IMG/VR virus record: IMGVR_UViG_3300027715_000021
Length of the DNA: 36,962 nt
Origin: a virus
Reading direction: 5' to 3' (one strand)
Both the position numbers and the translations under genes were made by a program. Positions 7,199 through 16,260 of this stretch are shown here, in pieces. Under the pieces are notes generated by a model that did not search any database, was not told the origin of the DNA, and worked only from the letters and a program-made list of their open reading frames with translations. Positions within the stretch are counted from its first letter, which is position 1. Every line of letters starts with the position of its first letter.

Positions 7199-9087
7199 TA
7201 AATATGCTGAAAGCAATAGGAAATACTGAAGTAGGTAAACTTATGCTTGGAAATTTAACAAGATGTAAATATTTAGCACAATATAATCAAATATTATATA
7301 GAGAAATAGTTAAAATAGCAACAGGAATTGATATAGAAATATTAGATACTAAAAATGATTATGCTAATATAACAAAAATAGAAGGAAATAGTACACAAAC
7401 AACAAGTATTGCTAATAAAAATTTATTTGATAAAAACAGAGCAATAGTAGGTGCTTTTATAGATCGTAATACTGGTGGATTAACTGCATTTGCTACTGCT
7501 TATTTTAGTGATTATATACTTGTTAATTCTTCAACTTCATATAAATTTAGTGGTAATGAACAACCTACAAACACTCCTTATGCTTGGTATACAGAAGCTA
7601 AAGTTTATATTTCAGGTGGTTTAAATGTTGCTAATGCAATAACAAGTCCTAGTAATGCAAAATATATAAGATTTACCATAAATAGCAGTGCTGGATTACC
7701 AACTATTCAAATAGAACAAGGAACAACTGCTACAAGTTATGAAGCATTTGTTCCAAATAGTCCAAGCTCTAATTACCCAAGCCCAATCATAAATTCAGGT
7801 GATGGTGGAACAGTAACATTATGGTCGCATAAAAAGAATTTGTTTAGTTGTAATTTGGAAAGTGGAACTATGAATAGTTTAAATCAATTAATAGAAAATA
7901 ATACTAGATTAAGAACTGCTGATTTTATAAAAGTTTCAGAAAATACAACTTATTATTTAAAAGTAAAAGAAACAAATATACAATGCACTATATTTTATTT
8001 TAATAAAGAAAGTACAACTGCTATAAGTTTAACTTCATTTTTAAATGTACCTTTAAGTATAACTACTCCTACTAACACTTATAGAATAAAAATAGTATTT
8101 AAAAAAATAGATAATTCAATTATTAATATAAGTGATATATCAGAAATACAACTAGAATTAGGTACAACAGCAACAGCATATGAACCATATCAAGGTGCAG
8201 AGTACCCTATAACATTACCAAGTGGCTACATAGGTGGTAGTTTACCAAATTTAACTGCGGATAGTTATGAATATGTAACAGGTGGTAAGAATTTGTATAA
8301 TAAAACGACTGTTACTTTTGGTAAATATCTTAATAATTTAGGACAAGAAGTTACTTTATCAAGTTGGTATATATCCGACTATATAAACATATCAAATTTA
8401 AAAGATATTACATTATCACCTGTTACTGGAACGAGTGCTGCATTGTGCTTTTATGATTCTAATAAAGTATTTTTATCTGGTACGGCTTATGGTGGAGATA
8501 AATTATTTATGAGTTTTAATGTACCAAATAATGCCAAATATACTAGGTTTTCTATTTACACATATAGTGTTAATAATACTCAATTAGAAATTGGCACTAT
8601 TGCTACAGATACACAACCTTATGGATTACAAAGTGGTAAATATTTAGTTAAAAGAATAGGGAAATTAATTTTAAATGGTAGTGAAATTTATTCTGAACTT
8701 GCTAATTCTACAGATGGTTATAAAAGGTTTGGATTAACAAATACATTAATAAAAATATGTGATTTTAATAAAATATGTTGTTATTGTGATAAATTTTTAG
8801 GGGTTAGCATGGCAAATAATTCTAGTACCGTAATAGGTTATAAAAATTTGGTTTCGGTTGTGAATGCTTCAGGAATGTTAGCTTTTAGGACAACTAGTAC
8901 AACTTATACAACTACAGATTTTAAAAATTTATTAGCAAATAATAATATAATAGTACAGTATCCTTTAGCTATGCCAATATATATAGATACAACTTTACCA
9001 CAAATACAAACATATTTAGATAATACTATAATAACTAGTTTAAGTAATCCTAAACCTAATTTAACATTAGAATATTTAGAAAGGTAG
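7195..9087 (+). CDS. Fibre or receptor-binding-type protein with three CBM-like modules
   Basis: Three modules end in the same motif: IQIEQGTTATSYEAF, IQLELGTTATAYEPY and TQLEIGTIATDTQPY. The N-terminus is of the fibre-like type GNTEVGKLMLGN. An alternative ATG start is at 7204. Confidence 0.6.
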   Translation: MINMLKAIGNTEVGKLMLGNLTRCKYLAQYNQILYREIVKIATGIDIEILDTKNDYANITKIEGNSTQTTSIANKNLFDKNRAIVGAFIDRNTGGLTAFATAYFSDYILVNSSTSYKFSGNEQPTNTPYAWYTEAKVYISGGLNVANAITSPSNAKYIRFTINSSAGLPTIQIEQGTTATSYEAFVPNSPSSNYPSPIINSGDGGTVTLWSHKKNLFSCNLESGTMNSLNQLIENNTRLRTADFIKVSENTTYYLKVKETNIQCTIFYFNKESTTAISLTSFLNVPLSITTPTNTYRIKIVFKKIDNSIINISDISEIQLELGTTATAYEPYQGAEYPITLPSGYIGGSLPNLTADSYEYVTGGKNLYNKTTVTFGKYLNNLGQEVTLSSWYISDYINISNLKDITLSPVTGTSAALCFYDSNKVFLSGTAYGGDKLFMSFNVPNNAKYTRFSIYTYSVNNTQLEIGTIATDTQPYGLQSGKYLVKRIGKLILNGSEIYSELANSTDGYKRFGLTNTLIKICDFNKICCYCDKFLGVSMANNSSTVIGYKNLVSVVNASGMLAFRTTSTTYTTTDFKNLLANNNIIVQYPLAMPIYIDTTLPQIQTYLDNTIITSLSNPKPNLTLEYLER

Positions 9088-9095
9088 TGAATTTA

Positions 9096-9251
9096 ATGAA
9101 AGAATGCGATGAAAAAGAATATGAAATTGAAGAAGATGCTAGAACTTTAATGGAGTATCAAAAATTAATGAAAGACAAAAGTAGAATGAAAATGGCAAAA
9201 GAAAAACTTTTAAAGAAAATGAAAGAAATTAAAGAAGTGGTAGGTGAATAA
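9096..9251 (+). CDS. Small charged protein (51 aa)
   Basis: ATG at 9096, ending directly before the ATG at 9252. It falls below the track cutoff. Confidence 0.4.
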   Translation: MKECDEKEYEIEEDARTLMEYQKLMKDKSRMKMAKEKLLKKMKEIKEVVGE

Positions 9252-9488
9252 ATGAGATACATAGTTAAAAAAATAAAAGAAGATTATGAGTTTACACATA
9301 TAGACCAAGTAAAAACATTAGATGGTAAAGATGTGGAGTATATCAAAGGTAAAAATGTAATAAAAAAAGATATACTTATAAGAGAACTAGAACAACTTAA
9401 AGTTGAAAGAAAAGAAAATTTTGATATAATAGATAATAACATAACAGAATTAGAAAAAATGTTAGTAGCAATAGAAGAAGTAGAATAA
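9252..9488 (+). CDS. Hypothetical protein (78 aa)
   Basis: Track ORF in the structural operon. Confidence 0.5.
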   Translation: MRYIVKKIKEDYEFTHIDQVKTLDGKDVEYIKGKNVIKKDILIRELEQLKVERKENFDIIDNNITELEKMLVAIEEVE

Positions 9489-9556
9489 TATTTTGTCTTT
9501 TAGTATAGACATTAAAGAATACATATCGCCAACCAAAGCGAAGAAGGAGAATTAAT

Positions 9557-10396
9557 ATGGAAAATGCAGAAATTCAAGATACACCAATCGAAAATGAAGG
9601 AGCAGAAGAATTAAATTTAAATGAATTTGATTCAGGTTTTGGAATTGAAACTAATAGTTCAGAAGAAGAAACACCAACTGAAACTGAAACTATAGAAGAA
9701 AATGAAGAAGCAGAAGAATTTGACTATTCACCATTTTTAGAAAATTTATCAAAAAAAATTAAATATAATGGAGAAGAAGTTAAAATTGATAATTTAGAAG
9801 ATGTAATTGCTAATTATCAAAAAGGAAAAAATTATGACAAAGTTCAAGAAAAATTAAACTCATTAGAAAATAGTGAAGAGTTACAATATATAGAACAACT
9901 TGCTAAACAAAACGGAATGACTAGAACTGAATATATAAAAGCAGTTAAAGAAGAACAATCTAAACAAGAATTACAAGCTGAACAAGATAGAATTGCTGAA
10001 ATGGTGTCTAATAATGTTCCTGAAGAAGTTGCAAAAGAAGTTGTAGAAACTGCTAGATTAAGAAAAGAATATAATGAAAAATTACTAAAACTTGAACAAG
10101 AAAAAAATATCACAAAAGAAAAAGAAAAACAAAATGCTGAATATGATGAATTTTTAAATGCTTATCCAGATATAGATTTAGAAAAAATACCTAAAGAAGT
10201 ATTTGTTGATGCAAAAGAAAGTAATTTATTAACAGCATATACAAAATATCAATTAAAAATAGCACAAGAAGAATTAAAACAATTAAAACAAAATGAAAAA
10301 ATTAAAAGAAGTTCACCTATAAAAGGTGTTACTGAACATGGTGGTACAATCAACGAAAAACAAGACCCATTCTTAATGGGATTTAATTCTGATTAG
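9557..10396 (+). CDS. Scaffolding protein (putative)
   Basis: Acidic, helical and coiled-coil-rich, 279 aa, directly upstream of the capsid gene. Strong aaggag RBS. Confidence 0.65.
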   Translation: MENAEIQDTPIENEGAEELNLNEFDSGFGIETNSSEEETPTETETIEENEEAEEFDYSPFLENLSKKIKYNGEEVKIDNLEDVIANYQKGKNYDKVQEKLNSLENSEELQYIEQLAKQNGMTRTEYIKAVKEEQSKQELQAEQDRIAEMVSNNVPEEVAKEVVETARLRKEYNEKLLKLEQEKNITKEKEKQNAEYDEFLNAYPDIDLEKIPKEVFVDAKESNLLTAYTKYQLKIAQEELKQLKQNEKIKRSSPIKGVTEHGGTINEKQDPFLMGFNSD

Positions 10397-10419
10397 CACC
10401 AAAGAAAGAAGGTATTAAT

Positions 10420-11259
10420 ATGGCTATAAATTTAGCAACAAACTACGAAGCGAAAGTAGACGAAAAATTTAAACAATTATCATTATCAAAAGCATTCACT
10501 AATTCAAGTTACACTTGGTTAAATGCAAGTGCAATCGTTGTAAATGGAAGAACAACAGTAGCAATGAACGATTATTCATTAACTGGTTCTACTAGATACG
10601 GTACTGCATCAGAATTAGGTAACACTGTTCAAACTATGTTACTTACAAAAGATAGAAGTTTCACATTTACAATAGATAAAAAATCTAAAGATGACACTAA
10701 TGGAACAATATTCGAAGCAGGTAAAGCTTTAAAAGAACAACAAGAACAAGTAATTGTACCTGAAATAGATGCATATACATTTGGAGTAATGGGTACAGCT
10801 GCTGTTGCAAATGGTGGTACTGCTACTGCTGCAATAACTGCTAGTAATGCATACGAAAAATTCTTAGATGGGCAAATATTCTTAGGAAATAATTTAGTTC
10901 CAACTGAAGGATTAGTTGCTGCAATATCTTATAGTTTTTATAAATTTATAAAATTAGATTCTAGTTTTATGTTAGCATCTGAAATTGCAATGGAAAAAAG
11001 AATAAATGGTATGGTAGGTGAAGTAGATGGAGTTAAACTTGTAAAAGTTCCTAGTTCTAAATTACCAACTAACTGTGCATTTATAATTGCACATCCAATG
11101 GCTACTGTAGCTGCTAATAAATTAGAAGATTTTACAATTCATCAAAATCCACCAGGAATATCTGGAAGTTTAGTTGAAGGTAGAGTAAGATATGATGCAT
11201 TTGTTTTAAATAACAAAGTAAACGCATTATATATGCACTTAACTGCTGTAGTATCTTAA
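10420..11259 (+). CDS. Major capsid protein (putative)
   Basis: The position after the scaffold gene, a strong RBS, non-biased composition, and a stabilising hairpin after the stop codon. Confidence 0.7.
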   Translation: MAINLATNYEAKVDEKFKQLSLSKAFTNSSYTWLNASAIVVNGRTTVAMNDYSLTGSTRYGTASELGNTVQTMLLTKDRSFTFTIDKKSKDDTNGTIFEAGKALKEQQEQVIVPEIDAYTFGVMGTAAVANGGTATAAITASNAYEKFLDGQIFLGNNLVPTEGLVAAISYSFYKFIKLDSSFMLASEIAMEKRINGMVGEVDGVKLVKVPSSKLPTNCAFIIAHPMATVAANKLEDFTIHQNPPGISGSLVEGRVRYDAFVLNNKVNALYMHLTAVVS

Positions 11260-11270
11260 TTTATACCTTG

Positions 11271-11288
11271 AGGGAGTGAAAACTCCCT
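11271..11288 (+). terminator. GC-rich hairpin with GAAA tetraloop after the capsid gene (attenuator or mRNA stabiliser)
   Basis: agggagt-gaaa-actccct forms a 7-bp stem. There is no T-run, so it is probably a partial terminator or processing barrier. Confidence 0.45.
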
Positions 11289-11312
11289 TAATAATAAGTT
11301 AAGGAGGATTAT

Positions 11313-12230
11313 ATGTATAAAGATAAAACAATTTTAATAACAGGTGGTACAGGAAGTTTTGGACAAGCTATGACTGAAAGGTTATTACAAGAAGAAGTAA
11401 AAGAAATAAGAATATTTTCTAGAAATGAAAAAAATCAATGGGAAATGAAAAAGAAATTTAACGATAGCAGATTAAAATTTATAATTGGAGATATTAAAGA
11501 ATATAATGCAGTAAATAAAGCGGTAGAAAATGTAGACTATGTATTCCATTCAGCTGCTTTAAAACATGTCTTAATATGTCAAGAAAACCCTTTTGAGGCT
11601 ATAAACACTAATGTATTAGGTAGTGAAAATGTTATACTTGCTTCTATAAAAAACAAAGTAGAAAAATTAGTATGCTTAAGTACAGATAAAAGTGCAAATG
11701 CAAGTACAACTTATGGAAGTACAAAGTATTTAATGGAATGTATGTGTAAAGATATAGATAGTAAAGATACTAAAATCATATTAACAAGATATGGCAACGT
11801 ATTAGGCTCAAGTGGTAGTATAATACCGCTGTTTAAAGAACTTAAAAGGCAAAATAAACCACTTACAATAACTAATAGAAACAACACACGTTTTTTTATG
11901 CAAATGCATGAAGCTATTGATTTAGTATTGTATGCTTTAGAAAATGGAAATAATAAAGATATGTTTGTTTATAATAATAAAAGTGCAGATGTTGGAATGG
12001 TTGCAGATTGTATAAGTGATAATCAAATAATAATAGGTAGTGAATGTATAGAAAAAACAGATGAAGCATTACTTACAGTATCTGAACTTAATCATAGTGA
12101 ATTAGCTGATAATTATTTTAGAATAAATGAAAATATAAAATCTAATATAAAATATACAGATTCATTAACAAGTGATAATGCACCAAAATTTAATAAAGAA
12201 GAACTAAAAACTATAATAGATAGTTTATAA
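11313..12230 (+). CDS. NAD(P)-dependent UDP-sugar 4,6-dehydratase (PseB/FlaA1/CapD-like SDR)
   Basis: Rossmann motif ILITGGTGSFG, the motifs IRIFSRNEKNQ, DYVFHSAALKHV and LSTDKS...YGSTK (YxxxK), and TRYGNVLGSSGSIIPLF. All are typical of polysaccharide-biosynthesis dehydratases. Confidence 0.8.
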   Translation: MYKDKTILITGGTGSFGQAMTERLLQEEVKEIRIFSRNEKNQWEMKKKFNDSRLKFIIGDIKEYNAVNKAVENVDYVFHSAALKHVLICQENPFEAINTNVLGSENVILASIKNKVEKLVCLSTDKSANASTTYGSTKYLMECMCKDIDSKDTKIILTRYGNVLGSSGSIIPLFKELKRQNKPLTITNRNNTRFFMQMHEAIDLVLYALENGNNKDMFVYNNKSADVGMVADCISDNQIIIGSECIEKTDEALLTVSELNHSELADNYFRINENIKSNIKYTDSLTSDNAPKFNKEELKTIIDSL

Positions 12231-12239
12231 GGAGGATTT

Positions 12240-14585
12240 ATGGATACATCAGTTGTAATAATCAGTTGCGATAAAAATAAAGATATACACGAACCTTTTT
12301 ATAAATTATATAGTAAATATTGGAAACATAATTTTAAAACTTATATTGTAATGGAAGAACAAAACTGTGAATATTTTAATACAATAAAAGTGAAAGGTAG
12401 TTGGACATCAAGAGTTAGACAAGCACTTGAACAAATTGACACAAAATATGTTATATTTTTGTTAGATGACTTCTTTTTTCATAATAAAGTAGATAATAAT
12501 AAAATAATAGAAATTTTGAAGTCCTACGATGACAATACAGCCGTTTATAATTTAGAATTGAGCAATCACACTAAAGATACTAAAAAGTCTTTAAATGGCT
12601 TTATAAAGCGAAATAACAAGGAGCCTTATTTAAACAGTTGTCAACCTAGTATTCATGATAGAATTAAGTTAATTGAGAGACTTAAAGAAGATAAAACGCC
12701 TTGGGAATGGGAATTAACAGAAGTAGACAGTAAATATGATTTTTATATAAATAACAAAGAGTTAATATTTGATATTGGATATAATGAAACTAAAAAACCA
12801 TGGTGTTTAGTACAAGGAAAATGGAGTATTGAAACTAAAAACTTATTTGAAAAAGAAAATATAAAAGTAGATTATAGTAAACGTGGATTTATAGATTATG
12901 ATTTGTCAATTATAATACCATATTATAAAACAAAAGAATTAACAATTGAGTTATTAGATAACTTGACTAAACAACTTAAACCTAATGTTGAAATTATTTT
13001 AATAGATGATGGATGTAATGAAAAAGCATTTGATAAGTATCCTATAAAAGTAATACATCAAGAAAATAGTGGTGTATCGAGTGCTAGAAATAAAGGTATT
13101 GATATATGCAAAGGTTATAATGTAGTATTTATTGATTCTGATGATAATGTAAGTGAAAACTATATAGATAAAATATTAAATAAAATTAATAAAAATGAAT
13201 TTGATTATTGTTATTTTAGTTGGAAATCAATTGGAGTTACTAAAGAAGATTTTATTATAAATGATAAACCACCTGAATGGAACACATCAGTTTGGAATTG
13301 CATATATAAAAGAGATTTAATAGGAAATATTAGATTTAATGAAAATAAAACGATGTCTGAAGATACAGAATTTAATGAAAAAGTATTAAAAGGCAAAAAA
13401 GAAAATATAACTGATATACTTTACTATTATCATAATGGTAGAGAAAATAGTTTAACTAGTAGATATAGAAATAACGAAATAACTATGAATGAAACTATAA
13501 AATCACAAATAATAGTATACCGTTCATATACAAGTAAAATTGGTGGTGTTGAAACTGCTATTTATAATATGTGTAATTTATTAAGAGATAAATATGAAAT
13601 AATGTTTGTATATGATAATGCTGACCCTATACAATTAAATAGATTAAAAAAATTAGTTAAATGTGTTAAATTTATTGGTCAAAATTTTAAATCTGATTTA
13701 TTTTTAATTTATAGTTTTAATGATTGTACTATTTTAAACAATGTAGTATCAAAAGAATTTATACAACATATTTGTTGCAATGTAGAAGAATTAAGTCAAC
13801 CATATATTAAACATGATAAAATAACTAAGTTTACATCTGATAGTATAGCTGGAGCTAAAGCATTTAAAAGAAAATTTGGTATAGAATGTGATTTATTGCA
13901 TAATTTATTTGATTGTACAGAACCTAAAAAAGTATTAAATTTAATGAGTGCTACAAGACTTAGTTCTGAAAAAGGCTATTATAGAATGAAAGCACTGGCT
14001 AAAAGAATGAACGAAAGAGGACTTTTATTTGAATGGACAGTTTTTACTAATGATTTACCAGATGAAATAATAGATGGTTTTGTATTTAGAGAACCAAGAC
14101 TTAATGTAGTAGATTATATGTGGAATAAAGACTATATATTACAACTTAGCGATAGTGAAAATTGGGGTTGTACAATAACTGAGAGTTTAGATAGAAATGT
14201 TCCAGTAGTTGTAACCGACTTTAATAGTGCATATGAACAAGTAGAAGATAAAGTTAATGGATTTATACTTAAAAGAGATTTAAGCAACTTAGATGAAGTA
14301 ATTGACAACATGTATAGTAAAGACTTAAAAGGCTATAAACATATAAAAAAATATAATGTATCTGAATGGTTATATTTATTAAAAAACTTAAAAGAAACTA
14401 AAAGTAATTATGTATATAATCCAGAAGAAATTGAAGTTGATACATATAACACTTATATAACATTAGCATTAGTAAGAGATGAACAAGGTAATCAAATAGA
14501 ACCTAATAATGAAATAAATATACGAAATATCTCAAGAGTAAGAGAATTATTACGATTTAATTTAATAAAAAGAAAGGAGTTGTAA
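12240..14585 (+). CDS. Multidomain glycosyltransferase: N-terminal GT-A-like domain, GT2 domain, GT4/GT1 domain and a short C-terminal tail domain
   Basis: The N-terminal domain has the DXD-like motif FLLDDFFF. The GT2 core is LSIIIPYYK...ILIDDGCNE...SSARNKG...FIDSDD. The GT4 EX7E motif is ENWGCTITE, followed by VPVVVTD. Confidence 0.85.
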   Translation: MDTSVVIISCDKNKDIHEPFYKLYSKYWKHNFKTYIVMEEQNCEYFNTIKVKGSWTSRVRQALEQIDTKYVIFLLDDFFFHNKVDNNKIIEILKSYDDNTAVYNLELSNHTKDTKKSLNGFIKRNNKEPYLNSCQPSIHDRIKLIERLKEDKTPWEWELTEVDSKYDFYINNKELIFDIGYNETKKPWCLVQGKWSIETKNLFEKENIKVDYSKRGFIDYDLSIIIPYYKTKELTIELLDNLTKQLKPNVEIILIDDGCNEKAFDKYPIKVIHQENSGVSSARNKGIDICKGYNVVFIDSDDNVSENYIDKILNKINKNEFDYCYFSWKSIGVTKEDFIINDKPPEWNTSVWNCIYKRDLIGNIRFNENKTMSEDTEFNEKVLKGKKENITDILYYYHNGRENSLTSRYRNNEITMNETIKSQIIVYRSYTSKIGGVETAIYNMCNLLRDKYEIMFVYDNADPIQLNRLKKLVKCVKFIGQNFKSDLFLIYSFNDCTILNNVVSKEFIQHICCNVEELSQPYIKHDKITKFTSDSIAGAKAFKRKFGIECDLLHNLFDCTEPKKVLNLMSATRLSSEKGYYRMKALAKRMNERGLLFEWTVFTNDLPDEIIDGFVFREPRLNVVDYMWNKDYILQLSDSENWGCTITESLDRNVPVVVTDFNSAYEQVEDKVNGFILKRDLSNLDEVIDNMYSKDLKGYKHIKKYNVSEWLYLLKNLKETKSNYVYNPEEIEVDTYNTYITLALVRDEQGNQIEPNNEINIRNISRVRELLRFNLIKRKEL

Positions 14586-14588
14586 AAA

Positions 14589-14780
14589 ATGGCTAAAAAA
14601 GTAGTTAAAACAGAACCTATAATAAAAACAGAAACTGTTAAAATAGAAACAAAATATATAACATTAACTATGGTAAGAGATGATTTAGGAAATCAAATAG
14701 AAGAAAATAAAGAAATAATTAATTTATCAAAAGATAGAATAAAATTATTATTAAGTTTTAATTTAATAAAGGAGGTATAA
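14589..14780 (+). CDS. Small protein (63 aa), a paralogue of the C-terminal tail of the glycosyltransferase
   Basis: KYITLTMVRDDLGNQIEENKEIINLSKDRIKLLLSFNLIK aligns with TYITLALVRDEQGNQIEPNNEINIRNISRVRELLRFNLIK at the end of 12240..14585. Confidence 0.6.
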   Translation: MAKKVVKTEPIIKTETVKIETKYITLTMVRDDLGNQIEENKEIINLSKDRIKLLLSFNLIKEV

Positions 14781-14781
14781 A

Positions 14782-15678
14782 ATGACAGCACAAGAAATAT
14801 TTAATATATCAATGAATTTAATTGATGTTGATCCAACAAATGCTACAGAAACATTAACATATCAAACTAAATCAATAAATTTAATAAATTTAATTCAAAA
14901 TGATATATGTAAAACAGCACCAATATATAAAACATTAGATATACCTATGCAATCAGTTACACCAATTAATTCAATAATAGATTATAAAGAACATAATGAA
15001 GAAGATGAAATACTAGAAAGTACAGTTGCAAAAGCATATTCATTTGATATTATAGGACCTGCTACTGTATATGTAGAAGATACAATTGATAGCATTACTT
15101 GGAATATATTAGACACTTTAACAATAGCAAATACAGTTACTACTTATACTAATTATAAAGGTAGTATATTACCAACAATTGGAGCTGTTAAGACAAGAAT
15201 TAGATTTAGCGGAAGTTATTTTTATACATATACAAACGTAGCATTATATAAAGAAAACTTTTATACTGTACCTAAATTTGGAAGTTATAAAAAGGTTGAA
15301 TTACCAACAGATTTTTTAAGTATATATAAAGTATATGAAGAATATACACCTGGACAATATAGACTATATGATAAATTTAAATTAGAAAATACAAGTGATT
15401 TATATATACCATATGAATTTAAAGGGAATATAAGATTAGTATATAGATTTATACCTACTTTTATATCTGAATTAACTGAAACGATAGCATTTAATGACCA
15501 AATATGTTCAACAGTAATAGCTACAGGATTAGCATTTTATTTATTTATAAACGAAAATACAAATGTTGCTAATTTTTATAATCAACAATATGAAGTAATG
15601 AAAAGTCAAATTAAATTTAAACAACCAGTTGGTATTTCAAATAAAAAAGATTATTACGATGCTAAACTAAGTTTTTAG
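14782..15678 (+). CDS. Virion structural protein (function unknown, 298 aa)
   Basis: Track ORF translationally coupled within the late operon. No diagnostic motif. Confidence 0.5.
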   Translation: MTAQEIFNISMNLIDVDPTNATETLTYQTKSINLINLIQNDICKTAPIYKTLDIPMQSVTPINSIIDYKEHNEEDEILESTVAKAYSFDIIGPATVYVEDTIDSITWNILDTLTIANTVTTYTNYKGSILPTIGAVKTRIRFSGSYFYTYTNVALYKENFYTVPKFGSYKKVELPTDFLSIYKVYEEYTPGQYRLYDKFKLENTSDLYIPYEFKGNIRLVYRFIPTFISELTETIAFNDQICSTVIATGLAFYLFINENTNVANFYNQQYEVMKSQIKFKQPVGISNKKDYYDAKLSF

Positions 15679-15687
15679 GAGGATATT

Positions 15688-16251
15688 ATGGCACAAGTAC
15701 AAAGAGCTATATCAAAAGGTGGTAAACAATATTTAACTAGTCCATTAAGTGAATTTATTTTTGATAGTGGTGGTTGGAAAGAAATTGGTTGGCTTAATTC
15801 AGGTGGTAGTATATCAAAAAAAGATGCTACTATAAGTATATTTATACCTGAAAATATAAATATAAAAAGTGCTACATTAAATATAAATCTAGCATCTAGA
15901 AAATTAACAGGTGGAAGTGGTGCTGGTATTCCTGATGGTTATTATTGTCCTACTAATATTAAACTTTATAATGGGCTTGAAGGAGATGAAGTATATTTTA
16001 ATTATCCATTCGCGAGTGAACCTGCAATAGTTACTCCTGGAGGATTGTTAAATATTAATTTTGGCACTTGGAATACAACTGGATTAAGTACAGTACAATT
16101 TAAAACTATTGATTTAACTAATGATATAATAAAAGGCCAAAGATATGAAATAAAATTAACAGGTGGAACAGATTCTTATGTACTTAATGGAGAATATACT
16201 GATGGTGGAATTATAAAAATAGAATTTATAGTATTAGGAATTGTAGAATGA
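15688..16251 (+). CDS. Virion structural protein (function unknown, 187 aa)
   Basis: Track ORF with an aggagg RBS in the late operon. Confidence 0.5.
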   Translation: MAQVQRAISKGGKQYLTSPLSEFIFDSGGWKEIGWLNSGGSISKKDATISIFIPENINIKSATLNINLASRKLTGGSGAGIPDGYYCPTNIKLYNGLEGDEVYFNYPFASEPAIVTPGGLLNINFGTWNTTGLSTVQFKTIDLTNDIIKGQRYEIKLTGGTDSYVLNGEYTDGGIIKIEFIVLGIVE

Positions 16252-16260
16252 GGTGAATAA

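Noticed and set aside
15676-15690. TAG stops at 15676..15678 and 20567..20569 are in frame with the next gene, suggesting read-through fusion proteins
   Set aside because: Each downstream gene has its own aggagg RBS and ATG at proper spacing. An in-frame arrangement has a one-in-three chance, and there is no supporting recoding signal.
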